Assembly (NCBI GenBank): GCA_946965045.2
Contig: OX337237.1
Location: forward strand, 682,001-746,000
Source of the DNA: Epithemia pelagica
Lineage: Eukaryota; Protista; Bacillariophyta
Reading direction: 5' to 3'
DNA: 64,000 nt
In this document: positions 47,707 to 59,849 of the stretch, in pieces
Position numbering within the stretch: position 1 is the stretch's first letter
Layout of the letters: each line of letters starts with the position of its first letter
The notes under the pieces: generated by a model
Databases searched by the model: none
The model's input: the letters and a program-made list of their open reading frames with translations, nothing else
Told to the model about the DNA's origin: nothing
Made by a program: the position numbers and the translations under genes

Positions 47707-49741
47707 TTAGTACCCTCGGGCCGTATGAAATCCATACTCCCGATTGTCGTAGGGTTCCGGCAAGGGTTCCTTGCTCAGGGCTCAGGGCCTGTGTCCAGGG
47801 AATGTGTTTTTGAGTTCTGAAATCGAGTCAATAGGTTATGGTCCCCTTGAAAACTCGAAAACACAACCTCGAATCCCCCAAATCTTGGCAATCCCCCAAC
47901 GACCTTGCCAAGATTCTGAAATCGAGTTTCGAGTTTCGAGGTTTGCAAAGAGCCCCACGCGCTCCTACAAAACCCACCTTTCAGCCGCCGGGCTCTCTGT
48001 CTCTCATTTCGATCTCTCCGACAACAACAACGAGGCAATCTCTCTTGTCCATCATAGACAATAGTAGCACAATGATTGATGTGATATAAGTAGGAGCTTC
48101 TCTAGAAAATAAGCAAGTATTATTAACCTGTCGCTGCCATGGAAGTAATGGTCACAACCACTGTCAATGGTCAAAAGCAAATAATTCTCATCTCTCCATA
48201 GATGACATGGTTACGGAACAAAGCCCGCATCCTGCTCCATGGACGGGCTCTACAAATATTCTACCTTCTCCCGTTATGCAATGTGATATTAGGAATTAGG
48301 AGTACTCAAGCGACATTTGTTTGTTGTCATTGTCAATTGCCGTTGTGCTCGTTCATGCGCCGGTAGGGGGGAAGCATGGGAGTGCACGAGTATTGAAAAA
48401 TAAAACTCGAAACTCGAAACTCGAAACTCGAAAATACAGTTTTTACCTGGACACGTACATCCAGATCGTTGTTTCAAGGGAGGGACAGAGCCCCACCTCA
48501 AAACTCGGAACTCGATTTCAGACCTCGAAAACACATTCCCTGGACACAGGGCCTCAATTCTTCCGCTTGTGCCTTGACATGAGAAAACATCTGGAATAGT
48601 CACAAAACACAAACACACAACAACAAAGAAAAAGAGAACGTGGCATGTGTCAGAGTGACTTTCTCGTGTGCGCTGTCCGCAACCAACCAACCACAGCGAC
48701 CACCAAGTGCACACAGATAGGCACAGGATCGTGCGGACGTACCGGATGACTAAAGTATCGTTCTCCAAAACTGGGCAAGACACAGACGACGGTTTTATTT
48801 GCCGATTCCGGTCGTTGGCAGACTTGCAAGGCGGCCGCGACATTCGCACCCGAACTCACGCCCACGGGCAAGCCTTTGAGCCAGAGCTGTTTGGTCATGT
48901 TCATGGCGAGCATGGAATGAATGGGTACCACCTCATCAATCAAGTCCAAATCCAATACTTTGGGAATCACACCGGCCCCCATGCCTTGAATGAAATGAGG
49001 ACCAATCTCTTGCAAGGGTTCTCCTCCCTTGGCTTGGGTAATCAACATTTGTTCCCGGGGTTCCACGGCAATGGCTTGCAACTCCGGATTCTTGGGAGGA
49101 CAGTCGTGTTCGGCCGAGCCCTTAATGTATTGCGTGACACCGGTCAGTGTGCCACCCGTCCCAACGCCAGCCACAAAAATATCAATGGTTCCCGCCGTAT
49201 CTCTCCAAATTTCGGGATCCGTCGACTCTCGATGGGCTTTGGTATTGGCTGGATTGTCAAATTGTCGCAACAAGTAGCCGGTGCCCTTACAATCGGCCAC
49301 GACTTGTTCGGCCTTGGCCAGGGCTTCGACCATGCCAGCCTTTTTGGGCAGAAGGACGACATTGGCACCCAGTGCCAAGAGCATGAGGCGACGTTCCATG
49401 GTCACTGATTCCGGCATGACAATGGTACATTTATAGTCACGTTCGCGTGCCAACATGGCAATGGAGATGCCCGTATTACCCGACGTGGCTTCCACCAAAG
49501 TCGTTTCACCTCGTATAATCAATCCCTTGGCTTCGGCATCGTCCAACATAGTACGAGCAATCCGATCCTTGACCGAATTGCAGGCATTGAAGGCCTCCAA
49601 TTTGCCATAGAATTTGCACCCATCGGCGAGTTTTTCGTCGGAAAAGACGTGATTGCCCAAATCCAACAAGGGCGTTTTGCCAATCAAGTCGGAGGGACAA
49701 GAGGCCACATTCAAGGATGTACCGGATTCTCCATTCATCAT
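47707..49741 (-). pseudogene. cysK: Cysteine synthase B1, last exon interrupted by MITE-3
   Basis: NSVKDR, ATSGNTG, GVGTGGT, ERY. Exon 1 49741-48743, intron to 48591, exon 2 MFSHVKAQAEEL split from SKEPLPEPYDNREYGFHTARGY* (stop 47707-47709). Also has STDPEIW instead of TGPEIW. Confidence 0.85.
47785..48553. mobile_element. MITE-3 (769 bp), PIF/Harbinger-like termini, TCA target duplication
   Basis: TCA|GGGCCTGTGTCCAGGGAATGTGTTTT...CTGAAATCGAGT and ACTCGATTTCAG...AAAACACATTCCCTGGACACAGGGCC|TCA; internal (AACTCGA)n and (GAGTTTC)n repeats; an extra gggctca at the left flank. Confidence 0.85.
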
Positions 49742-49809
49742 TTTAATAGCTGCTGTGTCGGTGGTCGTAGATTTGGTTTCGAATTTCTGATCGGATCAGA
49801 TTATGAGAG

Positions 49810-49850
49810 GAGCACCCCTAGCATAAAAAATTCTGCCTAAAAGTGTCTCA
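49810..49850 (+). mobile_element. Truncated left arm of a putative DNA transposon (GAGCACCCCTAGCATA...)
   Basis: 15/16 inverted match to 56173-56188; the same arm continues further at 62580. Confidence 0.55.
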
Positions 49851-50058
49851 TTCGGGTCGCTACGGATTGGGTACGTCATCATGACGTGTAAGGGACTAAT
49901 GACCAAAGGGAATGGAACGGTCATTATCGGTTACCTACTTACTGGTTTTATGCGTTGGATGTTATGGTTAATCCTACTTAGTCTTTCTTTGGAACGGATT
50001 CTATCAAGTAGAATAAGACAGTTTATCAGACCCACCGTCTGGTAAAGGAGAACGAAGA

Positions 50059-51276
50059 ATGGCTACATCGACACGATCGAATACGAAAACTGCAACTGCA
50101 AGTGGAAGGAGCGGAAGCGGAAGCGGAAGCGGAAGTGGAGGCGGAAGCGGAAATGGGAACCCCGGGGCCACGGGGAATGGGGAAGGAGATCGTACTTCAC
50201 GCCATGGCGCGAGTATGGGAACGGGAGCGGGAGGGAGTGACCCGCCAGGAGGTGTACCTGGAACGAGAGGAGGAACCGCAGCAGGGACAGCTGCAGGAGC
50301 GGCCCCGGGAGTGGCGGCACCAGGTGGTGCGCCTGGGACTGGCGCAGGAAGCGCCGGAACGGGAGGTGCCGGCGGTGGCGCCGGTGCAGGAGGTGGTGCG
50401 CCGGGAGCAGGAGGAGGCGGACATGGTGGCGGTGCCGCAGGAGGCGGAGGCGGCGGCGGTGCTGCAGGAGGAGGTGCAGGAGGAGGTGCAGGCGGCGGCG
50501 CTGGAGGCGGAGGAGGAGGAGCAGGCGGTGGTGGCGCTGGAGGAGGAGGAGGAGGTGGAATACCTCCAGGCGTTCCAGCACCACCACCACCCCTCTCTGC
50601 TGTGGGAATGGCACTTAGTGTATGTGGCGCGAATCCTTTCGAAATATACGCCCTAGAACATACCGAACGCCTTAACACCCTAGAGTCATATGGAAGAATG
50701 ACATCGGATGACGTGACCCAACTGGTGTCGAGGCTGGAAAAGCGCCCGTACCCGCACAACGTGGCAATTCCTTCAAGCGTCGTAAAGAACATTCAAGGAA
50801 TGTGCTTCTGGTCAGCCAGAGCGCGTCGTCAAGGCCGTCCGCTTAACTACGGAGACTTCATAACCGCTGTCCTAGCTGAATCCCTGGACGCGATGGAGAT
50901 CCAGTCGGAGAAATCCTCTGCACCTGATATTAAGCCCTCTGCCCTCAAGGAAGAAGAATGGGAGGACTGGAGTCAAGAGTTCCCAACGTACCTGTCGCAT
51001 ATCTATGGAAAACAGAAGGCACCATTGGACTACGCGATTCGTCCCGATTTAGCGCCTACCCATGTCTTTGCAAGCACTAGGGAACAAGAGCTCTATAGCT
51101 ACCCTCTAGGTGGGCCGTACTTCAAAGAGGACAACAAGGAAGTATTTCGGCTATTGAGTGACCTTGTCAAGGATCAGCCTGCAACGTGGATTCAGCCTTT
51201 CCAGGCTTCACAAGATGGTCGACGCGCATGGATGGCATTGGTCGATCATTTTGATTGGGGGGGGGGGGGGGGGGGG
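50059..51276 (+). mobile_element. Truncated gag-like ORF of a second, diatom CoDi-type copia family, with Gly-rich N-terminus
   Basis: WEDWSQEFPTYLSHIYG..APLDYAIR, LGGPYFKEDNKEVFRLL and DGRRAWMALVDHF are recalled as typical of diatom copia gag; similarity stops at a 20-G run (51257-51276); no pol or second LTR. Confidence 0.7.
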
Positions 51277-51381
51277 ACAGAGTGTTTGTCGAGTCATTGG
51301 TGGCGAACTGTACAAACCCACAGTCGACAAAGAGAACCAGGAAATCTTGGAACGTGATGACATGGCGGATCTACTCCATGA

Positions 51382-51441
51382 CATCCACGAATTTGCCTAA
51401 GCATCCATGAATTTGCCATAGCATCCATGAATTTGCCAAAG
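51382..51441. repeat. 20-bp tandem repeat x3 (CATCCAyGAATTTGCCnnAG)
   Basis: Read directly; no spacers. Confidence 0.9.
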
Positions 51442-51528
51442 AACTACATACGAGAACAAGAAATCACAAAGCACCACATTCCATATTAGTAATCTTTCAA
51501 TTTGCCACTACTCTTGACTCCGTCAGTA

Positions 51529-54500
51529 CTACTGCTTTGTTCCTGTAGAATTCCCCCCCTCTGTCGGTGCATCCAAGACAATAGGCTGTCCTTTCGCATC
51601 AGTGACCGGACCATGTACGATATCACATTCTTCTTCCTCCTCCTCATACCATTGACGAGGTTCCAAGAATTCCCACTTATCCAATTCCTCTAAATCACGG
51701 GTGTCTTGTTCCGACCAACCTGGTCGTTTCATGGCCAGTTGTTTGGCTTCCTCGGTTAGAAACTTACAATACTAAACACTCCCACCTGAATCTCGTACCC
51801 AGTTTGTCCATTCCACTAGTTTGTCATCTTCCACAGTATTCAAGTCGTTCATGATCTCGTCGTATTCGTATCCACACATAAACACCATCCTTCTCTGAAG
51901 CCAGCGAGCCATTGGCTCGAGACGACTCCTTTTCCCCTGCCCTTGATTAGTAGCACCGCCGCGTTGGGTTCTGGAAAAGTAAAAGCGCTTGAATAAGCTA
52001 TTGAAAGCTACCGTCATTGTAAATGGTTAGACACCAAAGAGACATGGGCGATCACGGTCGATCCACTCACCTTCCCATCCTTGTTGGGCATGTGAACTGA
52101 GATTCCGCCAATGCAGAAGATACTCAGTCACATGCCCACTGCCTATCATATGCGCATAGTTTGTGATTCCTCGTTCACCATGCAAGTCAACCCATCTCGA
52201 AAAAAACTCGTCCGCAACACGTTGATATTCGTAGATTTCCTCATCTGTCATTTCGTTCTTATTGTTCACAAGCTTCATAGACTTGGCATAATATTCAACA
52301 CTTTCGATCCATGTCTTTCGTCTGCTCTCATCTGGGCAACACAGATCAATCAGAATCTTGAATCCATTCACTATCCTTCGGATTCGGACATTATCCATGC
52401 AGATCGTTGTTATTGCCTTTGCTTTCTCGTCGTACGGCATTTTCCATTGCGTCGGGAATTCCTCAGATCCAAGAACAAGAGTATTAAGATTCCTGTTGAC
52501 TGTATCTTGAAACTCTTGTATCCTCGCGTCCATGCCCCCCTCAGCTTCTTTATTGATCCAACTAAGCTCATCGCTCTTCGTATACTCCAGGCCTTCTCGG
52601 AGAATCATTGTTAGTAGCTTCAAGCCCATTCGGTTCTCCATATGAAGGATGCAAGGAATTGCATCCATCATATAAACCAAGGCCGTTGTCTTTTTTGAGT
52701 CCTTGAATTGATCCTTGACTCTCTGTGCTTGATGATACCACCACTCCTTGACGTGTGATGATTTTAGCCCTTTCTGTCGATCCTCCAAAGAACCGGAGAT
52801 ATCGAGGCCTCTAGCAGTCAAGTCATTCGTCAAAATCTTTGCGTATTCTCTCCGTTGCTCTAAAGAGGCCACACTCAAGTCGAAATGAACACTTTGCAAA
52901 CTCCCTTTCTCCATTCCCGACGCAACACATCTAGGATCTTGCTGTATAATGACTTGCAACACATCTAGGATCTTGCTGTATAATGACTTGCGATTTAGCC
53001 CAGATCGATTTCATCGTCTTTGCTATGATAGGTATCTCCTTGATGAATTCAGTTATATCCTCCTCAACTTGTTGGATGTGTTCTTTAGAACAGATCTTGT
53101 GGTGTTGACAGATCCAGTTCTTTCTCTCGTCGTTGCCTAGCTTAACACAGATCTTGCATTCGGAAGCCGGTTGTGTCTCAGCATGTAACTCACCACTTTG
53201 AACGACACATTTAGAACAAGGGTAGGTAACTTGTTGAGCTGCCCCACCTCGGCCGAACAGTTTCCATTCACAGCTCATGTTGCAGTTTGTGGAAATCGTG
53301 AGTTGTAAAATCCCAAATTTCGTGGGAAGTACAATCTTCGCCCCTTCCTTGATCTCTACCATCATCATCCGGAACAGAGACCTGACCAATGACTCGGACT
53401 CTTTCTGACACACGCATAAGATCGGGAACACGCTGTGCCGTGATTGGCCCAGTAGATTGCAGATGTCGTTGAATTTCAGTCCACCCAGAACATGTCCGAG
53501 GTTCTTTGTAAACAAAGCCCCGTCCAAGCTCTGTGATAGGTAAATTGATCGTTCCTTGGCTTCTCCGCCAATCAAATTACCTGCCACCAGGATTGCTGCC
53601 ATCACATCCGCCGCACGAAACGTGAAGCCTTCTGCTCCTGTTTCTTTGTTCCGTAGCATTCTGTAAGGGCATAGTAGGGCCTCAAATCTGTTCACTTCTG
53701 CCGCGCAGTTCTGCATGCAAGAGGTGCTTGGCAGTAGAGTTTGTTGATACAGCACTCCGTCAGTTTCTACGGATCGTAGATACTCCAACCCGCGGAAGTT
53801 TAGTGGTCCTCCCGCCAAGTCCATCGCGCGTAGGATCTTGTACGGCGTTAAAACATTTTCTCTAACGTACTTGCGGAACACATTGTAGGTGGCTTTGAAC
53901 AATTGCCCGCCGTGTATTGTCTTGTCGAGTAGCAAAGACCCGATGTCCGTTAAAAAAGATGCTGCTTGATGACTTGTTGTGTCCATCTTTGATACCTTGG
54001 AAGTGATGAACTTGTGTAGGTAAGTCAGCAGAGTCGTCTTATCTTCTGGGTCGTAACATGACTTTGGTAGTTTGTCCGTTTCATTCTTCTCCTGTTGTGC
54101 TAGCTTTGCTTCGCGGAGCTCCTCTCGAGTTTCCTTGACGATCTTTTCCCAATACCGAAGCCTCTCACTTTTCTTCTTGGACTGCAGACGACAGTCCTTC
54201 AGCTTCGAAAGCATCGAGGTGAGTTTTTCTTTGAGGTGAACAACTTGTTTAATTAACTTCTCACGCTCTCTATCCTCTATTGTGTTGTCCTCGTGTGGAC
54301 AATCTTCCTCTTGCAGGTTCATTTCAGTTGCCCTCAGCCATTCGTCAAGGTCGGTTTCGTCATCGTCCTCTTCTTCGTCATCTACCACTGTCTCTACGAT
54401 TGGGCTACTGTGAACGGATTCTCTTGATTCCGGTGTCATTCCAATGCCTGTATTGGGTTCGGCATTGGGTTCTGTCCTTGAAGACTTGGTGTCGTTCTTC

Positions 54501-55651
54501 TTCGTGTCGTCGGAGGCAACCGTCGTTTCGTCCATGTTGACTGGATTACTTGGCGGATTTGTTGACTTAGGAGGATCATCCTCTACTGTGGTGTTGGTGG
54601 ATGAAGGGAAGGGGGGTACTAGATCGACTGAAGCTGGTTCTGGAGCTTGTTCAGCAATCTCGGGAAGAGTTTTGTCCTTGTCCAAGTCTCTGACATTCTC
54701 AGTTGGGGCAGGTAATTGCTTGTCACGCTTGGCTCGTCGGATTTTGGTCCGTTTGATAGGCTCGGGTTCTTCAATAGGCTGGCAAAATAATTCAGCCGGA
54801 GGCGGTTCGGGTATGTATTGAGAATTCTTGTGTCGGAAGGTTGGGCTCCACATGTTGGTGTGTTCTGCTGTGCATTTATAGCGGCCGCCGACGATGGTCC
54901 GATTAATATAATGGCCAGGCCGTGAACCCTGTTCTCGATCAGCCTTGTCGCAGTTGTTACAAAAGAAGTAACCCCTGTGTGCCTGTTCTCGGTCGCGACC
55001 GTAAACCGAGCACGGTACAAATTCTGATTTAAGGAACGTCTTACAGATTTCTGCAATTCTTTTTCGCTCTACAGAGTTGGATTCGCATGGAACTTCAGAT
55101 GCACGTCTTCGTGCTCGAGTTTGCATGTTCGGCGACGCTTGAAGTTTTAAATCTCTCTCGATCTGTTGGATTTCTTCGGGAGATGGTTGGCGACAACCGT
55201 CGGGTTCGTCACTGGTTGAAGTGGAGCTGGTAGTCTGGCAAAGCTGACAGGGTGCTTCGTCAGTCAACTGTTCTGCAGGACTGGTTACTGGATGATGGTC
55301 TTCATTATTGGGCGACTCTTGGAGATCGACAACGCCATCAATCTGCGAATTTTCTTCTTGAGATGATGGACGAAGTCCATTTGGTTCAACACTTGTTGGG
55401 GCCAATCCGGCAATTCGGCAAGATTTGCGAGATGGTTCTGCAATCGGAGGGTTAAGCGATGCTTCGGGAACAATGTCTCTCCCAATCTGCTGACGGTTTT
55501 CTTGAGGTAATGGGCAAGGTCCATCGAATTCGACACTTGTTGCTGCCAGTCCGGCAATCCGGCGAGATTTTCGAGATGGTTCTGCAACCGGAGGGACTTC
55601 TGAAGTGTGATGGGCCTAGTTTGGGCGCTTCTTCGATGCACGGGTAGGCAT
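51529..55651 (-). pseudogene. RAG1-core/Transib/Chapaev-like DDE transposase, decayed (~1340 codons)
   Basis: ATG 55651 (MPTRASKKRPN*); TAG at 55616-55618; SLDGA; TNCNMSCEWKLFGRGGAA...YPCSKC; DAIPCILHMENR; ITNYAHMIGSGHV; QQGWE|AFNSLFKRF across intron 52008-52070 (GTGAGT...CTAAC...TAG); 34-bp tandem duplication 52922-52989 causing a frameshift; TAG at 51772-51774. Removing intron and duplication gives 4026 nt, a whole number of codons. Confidence 0.72.
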
Positions 55652-56172
55652 AGTGTATGTAAGATGAGATAAAGCCGCTGTTATTGTGAAATACAAGTCG
55701 TTATCTCATGGTCATACCTCCAGGGTCCATGTTGGAGGGAGGTTGGTCGGCAGGTGGTAGATGAGATCAAAGCACGATTAATAGGCGACTACTATGTTAT
55801 ATATCATACAACGCTGGATATATTTTATACTCAAGACTGGGGTGGCGCGCATTGGGCTAGGGGAGGGGCCTGGAAAACCAATGAATGAACAAGGCCGCTG
55901 TATTGTCGTCCGTATAACTTTACGAATATTTGCTACTTTTGTCAAGTAAGTATACCGTTGGATTCTTGAGACAAAAAGGAATCAGATGCAAGTGTTACCT
56001 GACAATTGTAGCCATTAATGGGTGAGTGGTAGTGCGTTGAAAATGGGTCAGTCTTTTGAGGCCAAAAATTGGGTCTTATATTTAACAAAAATTCATCCAT
56101 ACAATACTCCAGAGTGACAGAAGCGTTTCTGGTGTGTCTGTTGTACGTAGTTTCGTCATCCCGCGCGCACTA

Positions 56173-56188
56173 TATACTAGGGGTGCTC
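56173..56188 (-). mobile_element. Putative right terminal inverted repeat (TATACTAGGGGTGCTC)
   Basis: Reverse complement GAGCACCCCTAGTATA versus GAGCACCCCTAGCATA at 49810 and 62580; lies ~540 bp upstream of the transposase ATG. Confidence 0.55.
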
Positions 56189-57643
56189 GTATTGTATTGA
56201 ATCTCTGTCTGTGAATGTTGGTGTCAACGTCCAGTGATCTTCCGTGTAGTTGAGGGAAGGAGCCATTTTTCATTTTTCAGAGCTACCTAAACTACCTAAA
56301 CTTCAAAACCTAAGTTTCACCTAAACTTCTTTAGAAACTACGCTAAAAATCTGAGTACCTAAGTTTGATAGCCCTATTTGAGACGCCAATACGCGAACAG
56401 GCCTTTCGACGGGTCATTTCCATTCGTTCCATTCCATTCCTTGGCACCAAACGTGTGAAGGCATCACTGTAGATCAATCAGTACGATTGGGTGGCGATTG
56501 TGCGTTCTGATTCGTTACCATGTGTGTTTCACTGTTCGCGCGCCATCCGGTCGCCACTGGGCCATGTTTTTGCGTTATTTGTTATGACGATGCCAAACCC
56601 ACATTGGCCGGACGACGCCACCATGTTGCTCTGCTTGTTTCGTTCTCTTCTTTCCCACACCATCACAACACACAACAATAACGCATAGCACACTACAAAA
56701 GCAACGTTTAGAATACTCGTAGCAATTTGAGTGAGTCAAGCTTGACTCATCGTTCTGAAACGTTTGCTGCATGCAAAAGTAGGCACTAAAACTATCTTTC
56801 CCAAACACACTGACCGGCCATGTCTCTACCTACAAACACGGAGCGATGGATCCTACCAGTTCCATTCTAGTCACGACAATGGCATTCACCTCACCCATCA
56901 GGCAAGGAATCGAGTAAGTGTCCCAGGTCGTTTCCAATGCTTGTTCCGCCCAGCACTGTATTTTGGAGTGGCGGACGAGTCTATCACGTTTGGCATGACG
57001 GTTCAACCTGTGTTCCTCTGTCATTTTGCGTCCCTCTTGCATTCTTTGTGGGGTCTTATCGACTCCTTTTTTCATGTGCATGCCTTTCCTTGACACTGCA
57101 ACAGAACTCTCTCTATAGATCAAGTCCAATACACTGCAAATGTGACCATTCTTAAGGAATGCCTGTGCAACCCTTCCAATATACTCGTATTGGTGGACAT
57201 AGTACGTTTCCAAGCGTAGCTGCTGTTGGATGCTGTGCTCCTCTCTAGTAGTCCTTGGACTGTATTTTTGCATGGAATGAGAATATACAAGGATCCATTC
57301 GTACTGCCTACTATAGAATGAAGTGAGGTTCATCTCCCTGTGTTTGCCGCTTCATGCGAGAGAGAGACCCTAGAGAATGTCATTGGTCGGGGAAAAGTTC
57401 ATTCGGGGCAACCCCCTTTCCGCCGCCATCAAAAGACTATGGTCCATCGAAACCCTCTCATTGCTTATATAGTAGTATGACACGCACACCGTATTACTCT
57501 AAAACTAGTCGTATGGCCCTCTTGTTTTCGTTTGATTCGTCCTCCGTTTCTTGTGGGAGTACAGTGGTAGTGTGTGTTTCTTGTTGTTGTTGTTGTTGCG
57601 GCTGCTGTTGTTGTCGTTCTTGCTGTTGTGGTAGTTCTTATTC

Positions 57644-59096
57644 TTATCCCCGGGGCGTGGCAAAGCCATACTCGGTATTGTCAAAGGGTTCCGGCAAGGG
57701 TTGTTTGACCAAGCCTTCGGCCTGTTCCTTGATGGACACAAACATCTGTGGTTCGTCATTCGTGACCAAACCATAAAGACAGCGACACCCAAAACACCAC
57801 ATTCCGATCCATGCACACACACATGTTTGAGCAAGGTTGTTCCAAATACTATACTAGATCCAGAGCATCGATCAATTCCAACACGAGCCAGTAGACTCCA
57901 AACGCACACAAACACAAACCCCTGCTGGCACACTCTATAGAGCCACACAGACATACACACATACATACACACACAGACATAACAAGACTGATTCGACGTA
58001 CCGGATGGGTAAAGTATCGTTCTCCAAAACTGGGAATGATACAGACGGCCGTTTTCTGAGCCGATTCCGGTCGTTGACAGACTTGGAGGGCGGCCGCGAC
58101 AATGGCACCGGAACTCACACCCACGGGCAAGCCCGTCATCCACAATTCATTGGTCATGGCCATGGCCGTGTCGGACGAAATGGGCACGACTTCGTCCAAC
58201 ACGTCCAAGTCCAAGACGGGCGGCACCAAGCCGGCCCCCATGCCTTGAATCTTGTGCGGACCTTGGGGACCAATCTTGTCACCGCCCTTGGCGGCGGTAA
58301 TCAACATTTGTTCTTGCGGTTCGACGGCGACCGTGTATAAGTTGGGATTGAGGGGCGGACAATTGTGTTGTGTGGAACCTTTAATGTATTGGGACACGCC
58401 CGTGACGGTGCCACCCGTCCCCACACCCGACACCAACAAGTCAATGGTGCCATCCGTATCCCGCCAAATTTCGGGACCCGTCGTTTCGCGATGAATTTTG
58501 GGATTGGCGGGATTTTCAAATTGTTGCAACATGAATCCGTGCTTGCCGTCACGGTCCAAGTCGGCCAAAATTTCATGCGCCTTGGCCAAGGCACCGGGGA
58601 CGGCCGTTTCCTTGGGCGTCAAGACCACTTGACAGCCCAACGCCAACAACATCATGCGTCGTTCGACCGACATGGTTTCGGGCATGGTCAAGATGCAGTC
58701 GTAGCCCCGTTCGCGGGCAATAAAGGCCAAGGCAATACCGGTATTGCCCGACGTGGGTTCCACCAAGGTTGTTTGGCCCGGTGTAATCAAGCCATCGGCT
58801 TCGGCCTGGTCAATCATGCTGCGACCCAACCGATCCTTGACGGAGCTACAGGGACCCAAGGATTCCATCTTGCCATAGAGTTTGCATCCCTCGGCCAAGG
58901 GATGAGAAGCTTGCAACATGGTGCCCAAATCCAACAAGGGTGTATTGCCCACGAGATCTGAGGGACGCGATGCCACATGCAGCAACCGTTGGCAGCTCGT
59001 CGTGGTCGTGGCGGCGGCGGCGGCGGCCAAGGATGTACCACGCCATACGGACGTTTTGGCGGAGGAGGACACTGCGGAAACCACCAATCGGTTCAT
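57644..59096 (-). CDS. cysK: Cysteine synthase A2, two exons, 398 aa, mitochondrial-like leader
   Basis: Core nearly identical to A1; intron 57746-58001; leader MNRLVVSAVSSSAKTSVWRGTSLAAAAA. Confidence 0.92.
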
Positions 59097-59849
59097 TCTT
59101 GTTGTGTGCGGCAGAGAGACTTTTGCTTTTGTGAGTGTCTGCTCAAGAGAGTGGAGAGACTAGAAGCTGCTGTTTTCAAGGAAGCAACCAAAAAAAGGAT
59201 TCGAAACCCAAGATCCAATCTTTCTTACAGTAACGACAGAGTGGTGTGGATCGAACTAACTGTCGTTGTCGTCGTTGTCGTCTCGTGTCAAAACAGCGTG
59301 GGCAACCTTATTTTTCTTCAAGACCCAAGATACACCCAAAAAGATACGTATGCCTGTTCATCAATTCACCGAAAGGAGGAAGACGACGACGGGTGTGTAT
59401 CATCGTCGTCAGAAAAGATATCTCGCGGGGAATCTTTTCGCATTATATGCGACCTATGAGCCACTGCGCGTCATGCGTTCTCTTCTTGTCTAGCCGTTAC
59501 GGTTACGGCTCGAGGTAGCTTAGCAACCACGACACTTGACAGGATATAGCAACCGGAGGAGAAGAATCATCGCCACAGACAGTGCGAATGAACCCCATTG
59601 GAAACACATTGATAAGACAGTTTCGGGCAGATCATCATTTCTCGTCCCATTAAAAAAATGGCACCACCAAATCCACGGAGAATGGTCAAGTCCAAACGGA
59701 AACATATAAAGAGAATCCAAAGCATAGCTAGCAGCTATATCAATGGACCATTTACCACAGTCCTAGGAGTACTCTATATTGTATGATTTTTGTGCTGGTG
59801 GTGGTTCGTCATGGAATACACACACATATCGTCTCGCGCAGAAAGACTG

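Larger units (their letters stand above)
46424..49850. repeat. Segmental duplication copy 1 (3.4 kb), near-identical to 59193-62620
   Basis: Identity starts at aaaaggattcgaaaccc and ends at aagtgtctca in both; offset about 12.77 kb. Confidence 0.93.

Noticed and set aside
50004-50792. Proline-rich minus-strand ORF resembling extensin or formin
   Set aside because: Reverse complement of the Gly-rich part of the gag ORF, which carries the recognisable motifs.
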